Below, in pieces: positions 22,225 through 31,353 of a stretch of 32,000 nucleotides of DNA. Below the pieces are notes generated by a model. That model saw only the letters and a list, made by a program, of their open reading frames with translations. It did no database searches and was not told the DNA's origin. The stretch's first letter is position 1. The number at the start of each line of letters is the position of its first letter. The DNA is from Clostridiales bacterium. Lineage in GTDB: Bacteria > Bacillota > Clostridia > Christensenellales > Aristaeellaceae. The position numbers and the translations under genes are program-made. The DNA lies in the NCBI GenBank assembly GCA_004556155.1, contig SFIM01000018.1, positions 7,593-39,592 of the forward strand, in the 5' to 3' direction.

Positions 22225-23103
22225 TTATTTCAGCCGGATCGTGTTGCTCCAGGCCATTTTGCCATTTGCGTCCGTCACTTCGGCGCGGATGAAGGTTTCC
22301 GTGGGATCGAGCTTTGCGCGGTGCTCCGTCAGATTTTCGCCGCGCACGCTGTGGCCGCGCCCCCATACCCTGTTGGTGAACAGCGTGATGCGCGCGGCGG
22401 GCGAGCAGCGCACCACCGCCTCGTCCCCTACGATATCCAGATGCACCTCAGGGCCCTGGGTGGCATAAAAGCGCTTTTCGCGGATGGCCTGCAGCAGCTC
22501 CGTATCTGTCGCGTCGGGCGCGCACGCCAGCATGATATAAGAACAAGTTGTATCCGTGCCGTCATAATAGTGCACATCGTCCGTAGCAAGCAGCGGATAG
22601 GTCAGCCCCTGCCCGGCGGCAATATCCACAAAATTGCCCGAATAGGGACGGCAGGATTCATGCGCGTCCGACACGGTATTGTAGATTTCGGTGGCCTCCA
22701 CCCCATGCAGCGCAGCGGCCTGCGATACGGAATTGAGCGACCAGGCAGGATGAGCCAGCACGGCCAGGCCGTTTGCAGCGTGAATTGCATCCAGTATCCG
22801 CTGGGGATCCTGCTCTTCCCGGTCAATTTCAGGCTCATGCGCGCAACCCAGACCCAGAATATGATATACGCCCGCCGCGCCGTCCGAGCCACCCACGTTA
22901 TATTCCGCGCCAGCCAGGATGCGCAGACCGCTTAACTCTCCGCTTTTGTGCCAGCGCCAGTGATCGGTAATCGCCAGCACGTCATAGCCCGCCTCTCGGT
23001 AAATGCGCGCAGCCTCCTCAGGCGACACGCGCCCATCCGAATCGGTGGTGTGCGCATGCAGATTGATTTTCAGCCGCTTTACGCCGTCCATATCGATGTA
23101 CAT
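22225..23103 (-). CDS. PHP-domain metal-dependent phosphoesterase
   Basis: N-terminal INLHAHTTDSDG and AITDHW motifs typical of the PHP (polymerase/histidinol phosphatase) superfamily. AAGGAGATAAACA RBS precedes ATG 23103. Confidence 0.75.
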   Translation of the reverse strand: MYIDMDGVKRLKINLHAHTTDSDGRVSPEEAARIYREAGYDVLAITDHWRWHKSGELSGLRILAGAEYNVGGSDGAAGVYHILGLGCAHEPEIDREEQDPQRILDAIHAANGLAVLAHPAWSLNSVSQAAALHGVEATEIYNTVSDAHESCRPYSGNFVDIAAGQGLTYPLLATDDVHYYDGTDTTCSYIMLACAPDATDTELLQAIREKRFYATQGPEVHLDIVGDEAVVRCSPAARITLFTNRVWGRGHSVRGENLTEHRAKLDPTETFIRAEVTDANGKMAWSNTIRLK

Positions 23104-23143
23104 TGTTTATCTCCTTATGGTTTTTCTCTCTTTACGTCAGAAA

Positions 23144-23162
23144 AGCCGGCTAATTGCCGGCT
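23144..23162 (-). terminator. intrinsic terminator after the aminotransferase gene
   Basis: AGCCGGC / GCCGGCT 7-bp stem with a 5-nt loop, followed on the mRNA strand by UUUUCUG. Confidence 0.65.
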
Positions 23163-23173
23163 ATCTGGTTCTT

Positions 23174-24382
23174 TTATCGTTTATGTTTCTTCAGGAAGTC
23201 GCCCATTTCCTCCATGGCGAACTTCAGCTCCGCCGCCTCAGGCAGCATCACGATGCGCACGCGGATATCGTCCGTCCAGTCAAAGCCCGCGCCGGGAATA
23301 ACCAGCACATGCTTTTCATGCAGGAACTGCATGGCGAAATCGTGATCGTTTTTGAAGTTATATACGCTGCCGTCGATGGCCGGGAACAGGTAGAAGGCCG
23401 CGCGATTGGGGATAAAGGATACGCCTTCGATCTGAGCCAGCGTTTCGGTGGTGGCCTTGCGCTGCTCATACAGGCGGCCGCCGGGCACCAGCATAGCGCG
23501 TGTGCTCTCGGGATCGGCCATGGCCGCAGGAATAACCAACTGCGTCAGCGCGTTGCCGCACAGGCGCATGGAGGCCAGCTGCGTCACGGCCTGCTTGATA
23601 TCCTCCAGCACGTCGTCCGGGCTGTTGAACACCATCCAGCCGCAGCGGAAGCCGCAGATAATATGCGATTTGGACAGGCCGTTAAAGGTGATGCAGGGCA
23701 CATCGGGCGCAAGCGCGGCCATGGAATAGTACGGCAGATCGTCCATCACCAGGCGGTCGTAAATCTCATCCGACAGCAGCACCAGATGATGCTTGCGGGC
23801 AATATCGGCGATAGCCAGCAGTGTTTCACGGCTGTATACCGCGCCGGTGGGGTTATTGGGGTTGATCAGCACGATAGCCTTGGTACGGCTCGTTACCTTG
23901 CGGGCGATATCGTCGGGGTCAGGATTCCAGTTATTCCTGGGGTCGCAGTGATAAAACACCGGCACGCCGCTGCAAATATAAGCATTGTTGCTCCACAGGG
24001 AGTAGCAGGGCGAGGGCATCAGGATTTCGTCCCCCGTGCTCACCAGCGCCGTCATGGCCATGGAGGCAACCTCGCTGACGCCGTTGCCGATAAAAATATC
24101 ATCCACGGTAATGTTCTTCAGGCCCCGGCGCTTGTGATACTCGCAGATTACGCGGCGCGCCTCGGGCATGCCGCGCATATCGCAGTAGGGAACGGCCTCG
24201 TCCACATGTTCGGCCAGCGCGCGGCGCACGCTGTCGGGCAGGGTAAAGCCAAAGGAGGCAGGGTTGCCGGTATTGAGCTTTAGTACTTTTTCGCCCGCCG
24301 CCTGCATGCGCAGCGCTTCCTCATAAAGCGGGCCGCGAATATCGGAGTGCACCTTTTCCATCCGGTTGGAACGCAGAATCAT
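23174..24382 (-). CDS. PLP-dependent aminotransferase class I/II (AlaA-like)
   Basis: DIRGPLYEEA...KVLKLNTGNP N-terminus resembling alanine aminotransferase AlaA. PLP-lysine context FNGLSKSHIICGFRCGW. Confidence 0.85.
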   Translation of the reverse strand: MILRSNRMEKVHSDIRGPLYEEALRMQAAGEKVLKLNTGNPASFGFTLPDSVRRALAEHVDEAVPYCDMRGMPEARRVICEYHKRRGLKNITVDDIFIGNGVSEVASMAMTALVSTGDEILMPSPCYSLWSNNAYICSGVPVFYHCDPRNNWNPDPDDIARKVTSRTKAIVLINPNNPTGAVYSRETLLAIADIARKHHLVLLSDEIYDRLVMDDLPYYSMAALAPDVPCITFNGLSKSHIICGFRCGWMVFNSPDDVLEDIKQAVTQLASMRLCGNALTQLVIPAAMADPESTRAMLVPGGRLYEQRKATTETLAQIEGVSFIPNRAAFYLFPAIDGSVYNFKNDHDFAMQFLHEKHVLVIPGAGFDWTDDIRVRIVMLPEAAELKFAMEEMGDFLKKHKR

Positions 24383-24400
24383 AAAAAAACAAACCCTTCC

Positions 24401-25546
24401 TTAAAGTTGAATCATCTCGGTACCCGCCACGGCGGCGTCCACCAGCGCGTCGATATCCAGCGCCCCCTCGGCACGCTCCACATGCTCCAGCTTGGGCCTG
24501 GTGCAGGGATGGCGCGGCGTAAACACGGTGCAGCAGTCCTCGTAGGGCAGGCAGCTGGTTTCATAAGTGCCGATCTTTTCGGCAATGTGAATGATCTCTA
24601 TCTTATCATTGCCAATCAGCGGACGGAACACCGGCATACCGGCCACCGCGTCCGTACAGCACAGCGCGTCCAGCGTTTGGCTGGCCACCTGGCCCAGGCT
24701 TTCGCCGGTAATCAGCGCCTTGGCGCCCTCCTGCTGGGCGATCTTGGCCGCAATGCGCATCATAAACCGGCGCATCACCAGCGTGCCATATTCTTCGGGG
24801 CATTTTTCATGGATTTGCAGCTGCGGCTCGGTAAAGGGCACAATATAGAGCTTCACCCCGCAGCAATAGGCGGATAGCTGCCTGGCCAGCGAAATCACCT
24901 TTTCCTTGGCGCGCTCGCTGGTATAGGGATAGGAATGGAAATGCACCGCGCTGATTTCCACGCCGCGCTTGGCAATGCAGTAGCCGGCCACCGGGCTGTC
25001 AATGCCGCCCGAAAGCAGCAGCGTCGCCTTGCCGCCCGTGCCCACGGGCATGCCGCCCACGGCCTCCAGCACGCGCACATACAGATACGCCATATCGCGG
25101 ATTTCCACGTTCATCACATGCTCGGGCGTATGGATATCCACATGCAGATCGGGGCAGCGCTCCAGGATATAGCCGCCCATTTGCATATTGATTTCAGGCG
25201 AGGTCATGGGATAGCGCTTATCCGCGCGGCGCGCCTCCACCTTGAAGGAGCCGCGCAGGCCCTGCATCATCCGCACCGCCTGATCGCAGATCGCATTAAA
25301 ATCGCCCTTTTCCATTTCGACCGCCGGACACAGCGAATGCACGCCGAACACCTTGCTGACGGCCTGCATGCAGCCGTCCATATCGTTCATATCGCTGATA
25401 AAAATACGGGCGTCATGCAGCCATACGCGGCCGCCGAAGGGGCGCACCGCCTGCTTGACGCGCGACACCAGCGCGCGCATAAAATAAGGGCGATTGAGAC
25501 CCTTCAAATATATTTCGCCGTAGCGAACCAGAATCAGCTGACGCAT
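24401..25546 (-). CDS. thiI: tRNA 4-thiouridine synthase ThiI (no rhodanese domain)
   Basis: MRQLILVRYGEIYLKGLNR N-terminus, THUMP-like region, PP-loop LLLSGGIDSPVA. Confidence 0.9.
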   Translation of the reverse strand: MRQLILVRYGEIYLKGLNRPYFMRALVSRVKQAVRPFGGRVWLHDARIFISDMNDMDGCMQAVSKVFGVHSLCPAVEMEKGDFNAICDQAVRMMQGLRGSFKVEARRADKRYPMTSPEINMQMGGYILERCPDLHVDIHTPEHVMNVEIRDMAYLYVRVLEAVGGMPVGTGGKATLLLSGGIDSPVAGYCIAKRGVEISAVHFHSYPYTSERAKEKVISLARQLSAYCCGVKLYIVPFTEPQLQIHEKCPEEYGTLVMRRFMMRIAAKIAQQEGAKALITGESLGQVASQTLDALCCTDAVAGMPVFRPLIGNDKIEIIHIAEKIGTYETSCLPYEDCCTVFTPRHPCTRPKLEHVERAEGALDIDALVDAAVAGTEMIQL

Positions 25547-25554
25547 GGGAGGGC

Positions 25555-26697
25555 TTACCTTCTTTCGTAGCGTTTAAGCTTTTCATAATGGCGGGCAATG
25601 CAGTCTGCCGCAAAATCAACCTGCTCCATGGTGGTATAGGGGCAGATGGAAAAGCGGATGGCCGATTCCGCCTGCCTGCGCGGCACGTTCATGGCGCTCA
25701 GCACAGGCGACAGCTTTTGCTTGCGGGAGGAGCAGGCCGAGCCGTTAGCCACGTATACCCGATCGCCTTCCAGGGCGTAAAGCATGGTTTCGGAACGCAC
25801 GGGCACCAGCGAGCAATTGAGAATGTGCGGGGCCGCGATCTCCGATGCGGGATCGGGCCCGTTCACGCGGAAATTTTCGCCCGCAATCTCGCGCAGCCGC
25901 TCATACAGGTGCAGCTTGACAGCACGCATGTTGTTATCGCGCGGATAGGCTTCAATCGCCGCCAGCAGGCCCGCGATGCCGGGCGTGTTTTCCGTGCCCG
26001 AGCGCAGCGCCTTTTCCTGCCCGCCGCCCAGCATCCGCGCGGCTACGCGCATGCGCGGGCCCATCACCAGCGCGCCAATGCCCTTGGGGCCGTGAATCTT
26101 ATGCCCGGACAGGGCGTAGCTGTCAATGCCCAGCGCGCGCATATCAACCGGCAGACGCATAAAGCCCTGCACGCCGTCCACATGCAGCATGGCCTGCGGG
26201 CACAGCCGGTCGCGCAGCTGCGCAATCTCGCACAGGGGCATCACCGCGCCCGATTCATTGTTTACCTGCATTACGCAGATAAGCCGCGTATCGGGGGTCA
26301 GCAATTCTTCCAGCGCGTCCAGGCGCACCACGCCCGCCGCGTCATAGGGAATCTGCTGCACATCAAAGGTGCCCTTCAGGCTTTCGCAGGGCGCGGCCAC
26401 GGCAGGGTGCTCGCCAGCGGTATAAAGCACGCGCCCGCCGCGCTGCATGGACATGCTGCCAAAGATGGCCAGGTTGTCGGCCTCGGTGCCGCCGGAGGTA
26501 AACACCACCCGGGCGGGATCGGCGTGCAGCTCGCGCGCAATGGCCTCGCGGCAAGCGGTTAACCGCTTTTCAGAGTCTACCGCCGGAGCATAAAGCGCGG
26601 AGGGATTATAAAACCCCTCCAGCATGCATTGGCGCATCGCGTCCGCCACGGCCTCGGTTGGGCGCGTGGTGGCGCTGTTATCCAGATAGCAGATCAT
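25555..26697 (-). CDS. nifS: cysteine desulfurase (NifS/IscS class V aminotransferase)
   Basis: PLP-lysine motif LSGHKIHGPKGIGAL and active-site Cys loop ANGSACSS. It lies adjacent to thiI, the usual sulfur-donor pairing. Confidence 0.88.
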   Translation of the reverse strand: MICYLDNSATTRPTEAVADAMRQCMLEGFYNPSALYAPAVDSEKRLTACREAIARELHADPARVVFTSGGTEADNLAIFGSMSMQRGGRVLYTAGEHPAVAAPCESLKGTFDVQQIPYDAAGVVRLDALEELLTPDTRLICVMQVNNESGAVMPLCEIAQLRDRLCPQAMLHVDGVQGFMRLPVDMRALGIDSYALSGHKIHGPKGIGALVMGPRMRVAARMLGGGQEKALRSGTENTPGIAGLLAAIEAYPRDNNMRAVKLHLYERLREIAGENFRVNGPDPASEIAAPHILNCSLVPVRSETMLYALEGDRVYVANGSACSSRKQKLSPVLSAMNVPRRQAESAIRFSICPYTTMEQVDFAADCIARHYEKLKRYERR

Positions 26698-26701
26698 AGC
26701 T

Positions 26702-27265
26702 TTAGTTCACCTGATAAGCTCCCGGCGCGGCGTAGCGCTTGATCAGGGCCAGCATTTCATCGCTGACCTCGATGATGATAATGCGCTTGACCGAATCCTT
26801 GGAGAAATAGAAGTAGAACAGCTGCGCGTCGCGGTTGACAAACCAGTTGTCGCGCTTGATGCCCTTCATATTGATATAGCGGTTGAAGGAGCCGGAATTG
26901 ACCAGGCCCAGGGCTTCCACGTTTTTCAGGTTCATGGTGCCCAGGTTCTTGCGCTTTTTGTTGTTAAACACCTGTGCAAAGTCCATCTGGCCGTTGGTGA
27001 AGGTATATTCATACTCAGTGCGGATGCGGTCGCGGCGCAGGAACAGCAGCACCGCAATGCCGCCCGTCAGCAGCGTCATAACCACATAATAGATGATGGG
27101 GCCTGCGCCCTCGCCGGCGTTGATGAGCATCATAATGCCCTGCAGCATCAAAAACGCCCACAGACCGAACACCACCATCATGATGTTCGCCAGCACATAC
27201 ATCACCGTTTCAGCGCCGCGATTGCGCTTGGTTGCCACTTCTTCCAGAAAGTTGTCCATCGCCAT
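26702..27265 (-). CDS. uncharacterised small membrane protein (2 predicted TM helices plus soluble C-terminal domain)
   Basis: Start set at ATG 27265 (MAMDNF...) with AGGAGG 9 nt upstream. The track ORF start at 27325 would overlap ispA. There are two hydrophobic stretches, then a charged/aromatic domain (EYEYTFTNGQMDF...). No family is named with confidence. Confidence 0.6.
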   Translation of the reverse strand: MAMDNFLEEVATKRNRGAETVMYVLANIMMVVFGLWAFLMLQGIMMLINAGEGAGPIIYYVVMTLLTGGIAVLLFLRRDRIRTEYEYTFTNGQMDFAQVFNNKKRKNLGTMNLKNVEALGLVNSGSFNRYINMKGIKRDNWFVNRDAQLFYFYFSKDSVKRIIIIEVSDEMLALIKRYAAPGAYQVN

Positions 27266-27293
27266 AAAAACGAGCCTCCTTGTCGATTCTTCT

Positions 27294-28160
27294 TTATTGT
27301 ACGCGAACAAGCGCGCGCTGCGCAAGGGTTTTCAGGAAAATCGCTGCATTTTCATCGTTTTTTATGCTGTCAGCAGCCCGCTCGGTATATGTTTTCGCGT
27401 CTTTTCGCGCCTGGTCCAGGCCGTAGAGGGATACCCAGGTGCATTTATGCTCCTGCGCATCCTTGCCGGTATGCTTGCCCAGCGTCGCTTCATCACCCGT
27501 AACGTCCAGAATATCGTCGATAATCTGAAACGCAATGCCCAGGTTTTTGCCGTATTCGCGCGCCTGCGCAAGCAGATCTTCTCCCGCCCCGGCCAGCGTT
27601 AAGCCCATCGCCAGCGGCGCGGTCAGCAGATCGGCCGTCTTATGCAGATGGATATAGCGCAGCAGCTCCGCGTTTCCGCCCGTTTCCTCAGCCGTCAGAT
27701 CGACACACTGCCCGGCCACCATGCCGCGCGTGCCGCAGCGCGCCGCCAGCTCGCCCAGCGCCGCAAACGCGCGTGGATGCCTGCTTTGCGCCATGGTTTC
27801 AAAGGCCAGGGACAACAGCCCGTCCCCCGCCAGCACCGCCATACCCTCGCCATATGCCTTATGGCAGGTGGGGCGGCCGCGCCGCAGATCGTCGTTGTCC
27901 ATCGCGGGCAGATCATCGTGAATCAGCGAATAGGTATGCACCATCTCCACTGCCGCGGCAAAGGGCAGCGCCGGGGTGAGATCGCGCTGCAGAATGGCAT
28001 AAGCCGCCAGCAGCAGCACGGGGCGCAGACGTTTGCCGCCCGCCAGCAAGCTGTAGCGCATGGCATCGCCCAGGGGATTTGGCACGTCGGCAGGCACAGC
28101 GCAGCGCAGCGTTTCCTCTACTGCGCGGCGATAATAGGCATATTGATCGTTATAGTTCAT
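27294..28160 (-). CDS. ispA: polyprenyl (farnesyl/geranylgeranyl) diphosphate synthase
   Basis: First DDxxD region LIHDDLPAMDNDDLRRG and second FQIIDDILD. ATGA overlap with xseB. Confidence 0.9.
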   Translation of the reverse strand: MNYNDQYAYYRRAVEETLRCAVPADVPNPLGDAMRYSLLAGGKRLRPVLLLAAYAILQRDLTPALPFAAAVEMVHTYSLIHDDLPAMDNDDLRRGRPTCHKAYGEGMAVLAGDGLLSLAFETMAQSRHPRAFAALGELAARCGTRGMVAGQCVDLTAEETGGNAELLRYIHLHKTADLLTAPLAMGLTLAGAGEDLLAQAREYGKNLGIAFQIIDDILDVTGDEATLGKHTGKDAQEHKCTWVSLYGLDQARKDAKTYTERAADSIKNDENAAIFLKTLAQRALVRVQ

Positions 28161-28381
28161 GCTTCCTCCGGGCCTTCCTCAGGCTCGCCGCCGCGCAGGA
28201 TGGTCAAGCGTTCCTGCGCCGCCGTCAAATCCTTTTTCAGGCTTTCGGACAGCTTTACGCCCGATTCATAGGCTTTGAGGGTATCGGCCAGCGTCATGCC
28301 GCCCGCTTCCATGCGGTTTACCATCTCCTCCAGCGCGCCCAGGCGCTCCTCAAAGGTTTGCTTTTCCTTCTTCGTTGGCAA
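28157..28381 (-). CDS. xseB: exodeoxyribonuclease VII small subunit
   Basis: FEERLGALEEMVNRMEAGGMTLADTLKAYESGVKL is a typical XseB core. No ATG sits at a sensible position. Start proposed at TTG 28381 (LPTKKEKQ...) with GGGAGGGGGA upstream, inside the 3' end of xseA. The track ATG at 28429 would add 16 unlikely residues. Confidence 0.7.
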   Translation of the reverse strand: MPTKKEKQTFEERLGALEEMVNRMEAGGMTLADTLKAYESGVKLSESLKKDLTAAQERLTILRGGEPEEGPEEA

Positions 28382-29582
28382 AAGGATCCCCCTCCCAAAC
28401 GGACTGCACGCGCACATTGGCACGGCCATCCCTGAATATCAGCGTCATATCGCCGCCCGCCTGACTGGCCGAAGCGACAGCCTGCCCCTTGCGCAGGGCG
28501 ATGGTATAGCCGCGGCCCAGTACGGCCTGCGGCCCAACGGCGCGCAGATGCTCCTGCGCCTGACTGAGCCTGCCCGACAGCAGCGTCAGCCGCTTATCCA
28601 GCGCAGCGGCAAGCCGTTCCTTCAAATGCTGGGTGCGAAGCGTCATTTCCCGCACATAGGATAAGGGCTCCCGCGCCGACAGCCGCTGTTCCAGGCGCGC
28701 CAACGCGCGATCCTTTTCCAGCAGCGTATGCGCGGCGGCCTGATCCACGGCGTGCAGCAAATCACCCACGGTATCCCGCAGCGCCGCCAGCTCCGGCACA
28801 GCCAGCTCGGCCGCGGCGGAGGGCGTAGGCGCACGCATATCGGCAGCAAAATCGCACAGCGTGGTGTCCGTTTCATGGCCGACAGCCGATATCACAGGCA
28901 CCGGGCAGGCAGCCACCGCGCGCACGACGATTTCTTCGTTGAAGGCCCAAAGATCCTCCAGCGAACCGCCGCCGCGCCCCACGATGATGACATCAATATC
29001 CCTGCGACGGGAAAGCTGCTCGATGCCGCGCACGATATCCTGCGCCGCGCCATCCCCCTGCACCTGCGCCGGGCGCAGCACCAGCGGAAGGCCCGGAAAA
29101 CGCCGCCCGGCTACCGTGCGGATATCATGCTGCACCGCGCCGGACTCGGAGGTAACGATGCCCACCGCGCGCGGCAGCAGCGGCAGCAGACGCTTGCGGG
29201 AGGCGTCAAACAATCCCTCCGCCGTTAAGCGTTCCTTTAGTTCCAGATAGCGACGATACAGATCGCCCACGCCGTCCTGCGTCATGCCGTCGGCGTAAAA
29301 CTGAAACTTGCCGCCCTGCACATACAGGCCGGCGGAGCCCTTTACCAGCACGCGCATGCCATCCTGCGGCATGAAGGGCACGCCGTAGGTGTACTGGCGA
29401 AACAGCGCGCAATCAATGCGGCCCGTATCGTCCTTGAGCGTAAAGTACCAATGACCCGAGGCGTAAGGCTTGAAATTGCTGATCTCCCCGCGCAGGGTGA
29501 TATGCTGCACGATGGGATCGCTAGCCAACAGCCTGCGCACATAGTCGTTGAGCTGCGATACCGTCAGCGTGATGCCTTCCAT
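28350..29582 (-). CDS. xseA: exodeoxyribonuclease VII large subunit
   Basis: N-terminal OB-fold signature LTVSQLNDYVRRLL...ITLRGEISNFK..SGHWYFTLKD. Catalytic region GRGGGSLEDLWAFN. Confidence 0.92.
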   Translation of the reverse strand: MEGITLTVSQLNDYVRRLLASDPIVQHITLRGEISNFKPYASGHWYFTLKDDTGRIDCALFRQYTYGVPFMPQDGMRVLVKGSAGLYVQGGKFQFYADGMTQDGVGDLYRRYLELKERLTAEGLFDASRKRLLPLLPRAVGIVTSESGAVQHDIRTVAGRRFPGLPLVLRPAQVQGDGAAQDIVRGIEQLSRRRDIDVIIVGRGGGSLEDLWAFNEEIVVRAVAACPVPVISAVGHETDTTLCDFAADMRAPTPSAAAELAVPELAALRDTVGDLLHAVDQAAAHTLLEKDRALARLEQRLSAREPLSYVREMTLRTQHLKERLAAALDKRLTLLSGRLSQAQEHLRAVGPQAVLGRGYTIALRKGQAVASASQAGGDMTLIFRDGRANVRVQSVWEGDPFANEEGKANL

Positions 29583-30412
29583 GCGGCCTCCAGGGTGTTT
29601 TCCATCAGCATGCTGACCGTCATGGGGCCAACGCCGCCAGGCACAGGCGTAATGAATCCCGCCACGGCGGATACCGCGTCAAAGTCCACATCGCCCACTA
29701 CTTTGCCATCCACGCGGTTGATGCCCACATCGATCACCGCCGCGCCGGGCTTGACCATATCCGCCGTCACAAAGCGCGGCTTGCCCACCGCAGCCACCAG
29801 AATATCAGCCTGACGGGTGATCTGTGTCAAATCGCGCGTATGCGAGTGGCACAGGGTAACGGTGCAGTTTTCCTGCGTCAGCATCAGCGCGGCAGGCTTG
29901 CCCACAATATTGGAGCGGCCAATGACAACCGCACGCGCGCCGTCCAGCGCAATACCAGCGCTTTTAAGCAGGCGCACAATGCCCTGCGGCGTGCAGGGAC
30001 GAATACCATCCTCGCCGCGCAGCAAGCTCCCGGCGTTATACAGATGAAAGCCGTCCACATCCTTGGCTGGATTTACGCGCAGCAGTGCCGCGTCCTCGTC
30101 CAGGTGCTCCGGCAGCGGCAGCTGAATCAGGATGCCGTGCACTGTTGGATCGGCGTTCAGGCCGTCGATCACGCGCAGCAGCTCCTGCTGCGAAACCGTC
30201 TGCGGCAGATGGATGGTATCGGACAAAATGCCCAGTCGTTCGCATGCGCGGGCTTTATTGCGCACATAAATGGCGCTGGCCGGGTTATCCCCCGCCATCA
30301 CCACGACGAGCTTTGGCGAAACGCCGCGCGCCTGCAGATCGCGCACGCGCTGCGCCTGCGCTGTTTCCATCTGCGCGGCCAACTCCTTGCCATTCAAAAT
30401 GATTGCGCTCAT
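29564..30412 (-). CDS. folD: bifunctional methylenetetrahydrofolate dehydrogenase/cyclohydrolase
   Basis: ILNGKELA..., NPASAIYVRNK, VIGRSNIVGKPAA, TPVPGGVGPMT. Confidence 0.93.
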   Translation of the reverse strand: MSAIILNGKELAAQMETAQAQRVRDLQARGVSPKLVVVMAGDNPASAIYVRNKARACERLGILSDTIHLPQTVSQQELLRVIDGLNADPTVHGILIQLPLPEHLDEDAALLRVNPAKDVDGFHLYNAGSLLRGEDGIRPCTPQGIVRLLKSAGIALDGARAVVIGRSNIVGKPAALMLTQENCTVTLCHSHTRDLTQITRQADILVAAVGKPRFVTADMVKPGAAVIDVGINRVDGKVVGDVDFDAVSAVAGFITPVPGGVGPMTVSMLMENTLEAAWKASR

Positions 30413-31353
30413 AGCTTCTCCTTCATAATCCGGTCGCGGCCAATCAGCGCTACGCCCGCCGCGTTATCGCCCGCGTACTGGCGCTGCCCAAAGTACAGGC
30501 GCAGCCCCAGCCTGCGCTTTTGGTTGATCGCGCAGATCTGATCGCGCAGCAGCTGCGAGGAGGCCACGCCGCCCGTCAGCAGCGCGTCGCGAACGCCGGT
30601 TTTATCCGCCGCGGCGGTCAGCAGGCGAAGCACCGTGCGCTCCACCAGGCTGAACACCTCGGCCGCGATTTGTGGCGCAGGCATATCTCCCGCCTGAATC
30701 CACTGCATGGCGCGCGCCTCCACGCCCGAAAAATGGCAGTCTCCATCCTCCATGCTGACGGGCAGCAAGGACTGCGCCGCGCCCGTCATAGCCAGCTTTT
30801 CAAGGCTTGGCCCGGCAGGGAAGGGCAGGCCCAGCGCCACGCCCACGCGGTCAATCAGCTGCCCGGCGTGCAGATCGCGCGTACCGGCCAGCAGCGTCAG
30901 CCGCTCCTCCCTGTCCATCAACAGTACTTCCGTTGTGCCGCCTGAAAGGTGCAGCGCCAGGTACGGGCTGGCCGTCAGGCCGCTGTCTTCCAGCGCCGCG
31001 CGCACATGACCGCGCTGATGCGTGGTCGTAAGCAGCGGCACCTGAAAGGAGGCTGCCGCCACGCGCGCAAAGGACAGGCCGGACAGGAACACCGGCATGT
31101 AGGAGGTCTCGTCGTCCCTGGGATGAGCGGACACGCAGACCGCGTCCGGACGGCGGCCGCAAAGATCCGTCAGCGTCTTTTCATACAGCGCTGGAAGCTG
31201 CCTTATATGCGCAAAAACGGCCTCGCTTTGGCGAAGGCCGCGCGCGCCTGCTTGCACGGGCAGAAGCTGCCGATTAGATGCAAGCACGCCGTTTTCATCC
31301 GCTGCCGCCACCGAGGTGGTATAGCAACTGGTATCGATGCCCAGGACAATCAT
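30409..31353 (-). CDS. TsaD/Kae1 (glycoprotease, ASKHA-fold) family paralogue
   Basis: MIVLGIDTSCYTTSVA N-terminus, HQRGH (HxxxH metal motif position), LSGGTTE, LTGGVASS. ATGA overlaps with both nusB and folD. Confidence 0.65.
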   Translation of the reverse strand: MIVLGIDTSCYTTSVAAADENGVLASNRQLLPVQAGARGLRQSEAVFAHIRQLPALYEKTLTDLCGRRPDAVCVSAHPRDDETSYMPVFLSGLSFARVAAASFQVPLLTTTHQRGHVRAALEDSGLTASPYLALHLSGGTTEVLLMDREERLTLLAGTRDLHAGQLIDRVGVALGLPFPAGPSLEKLAMTGAAQSLLPVSMEDGDCHFSGVEARAMQWIQAGDMPAPQIAAEVFSLVERTVLRLLTAAADKTGVRDALLTGGVASSQLLRDQICAINQKRRLGLRLYFGQRQYAGDNAAGVALIGRDRIMKEKL

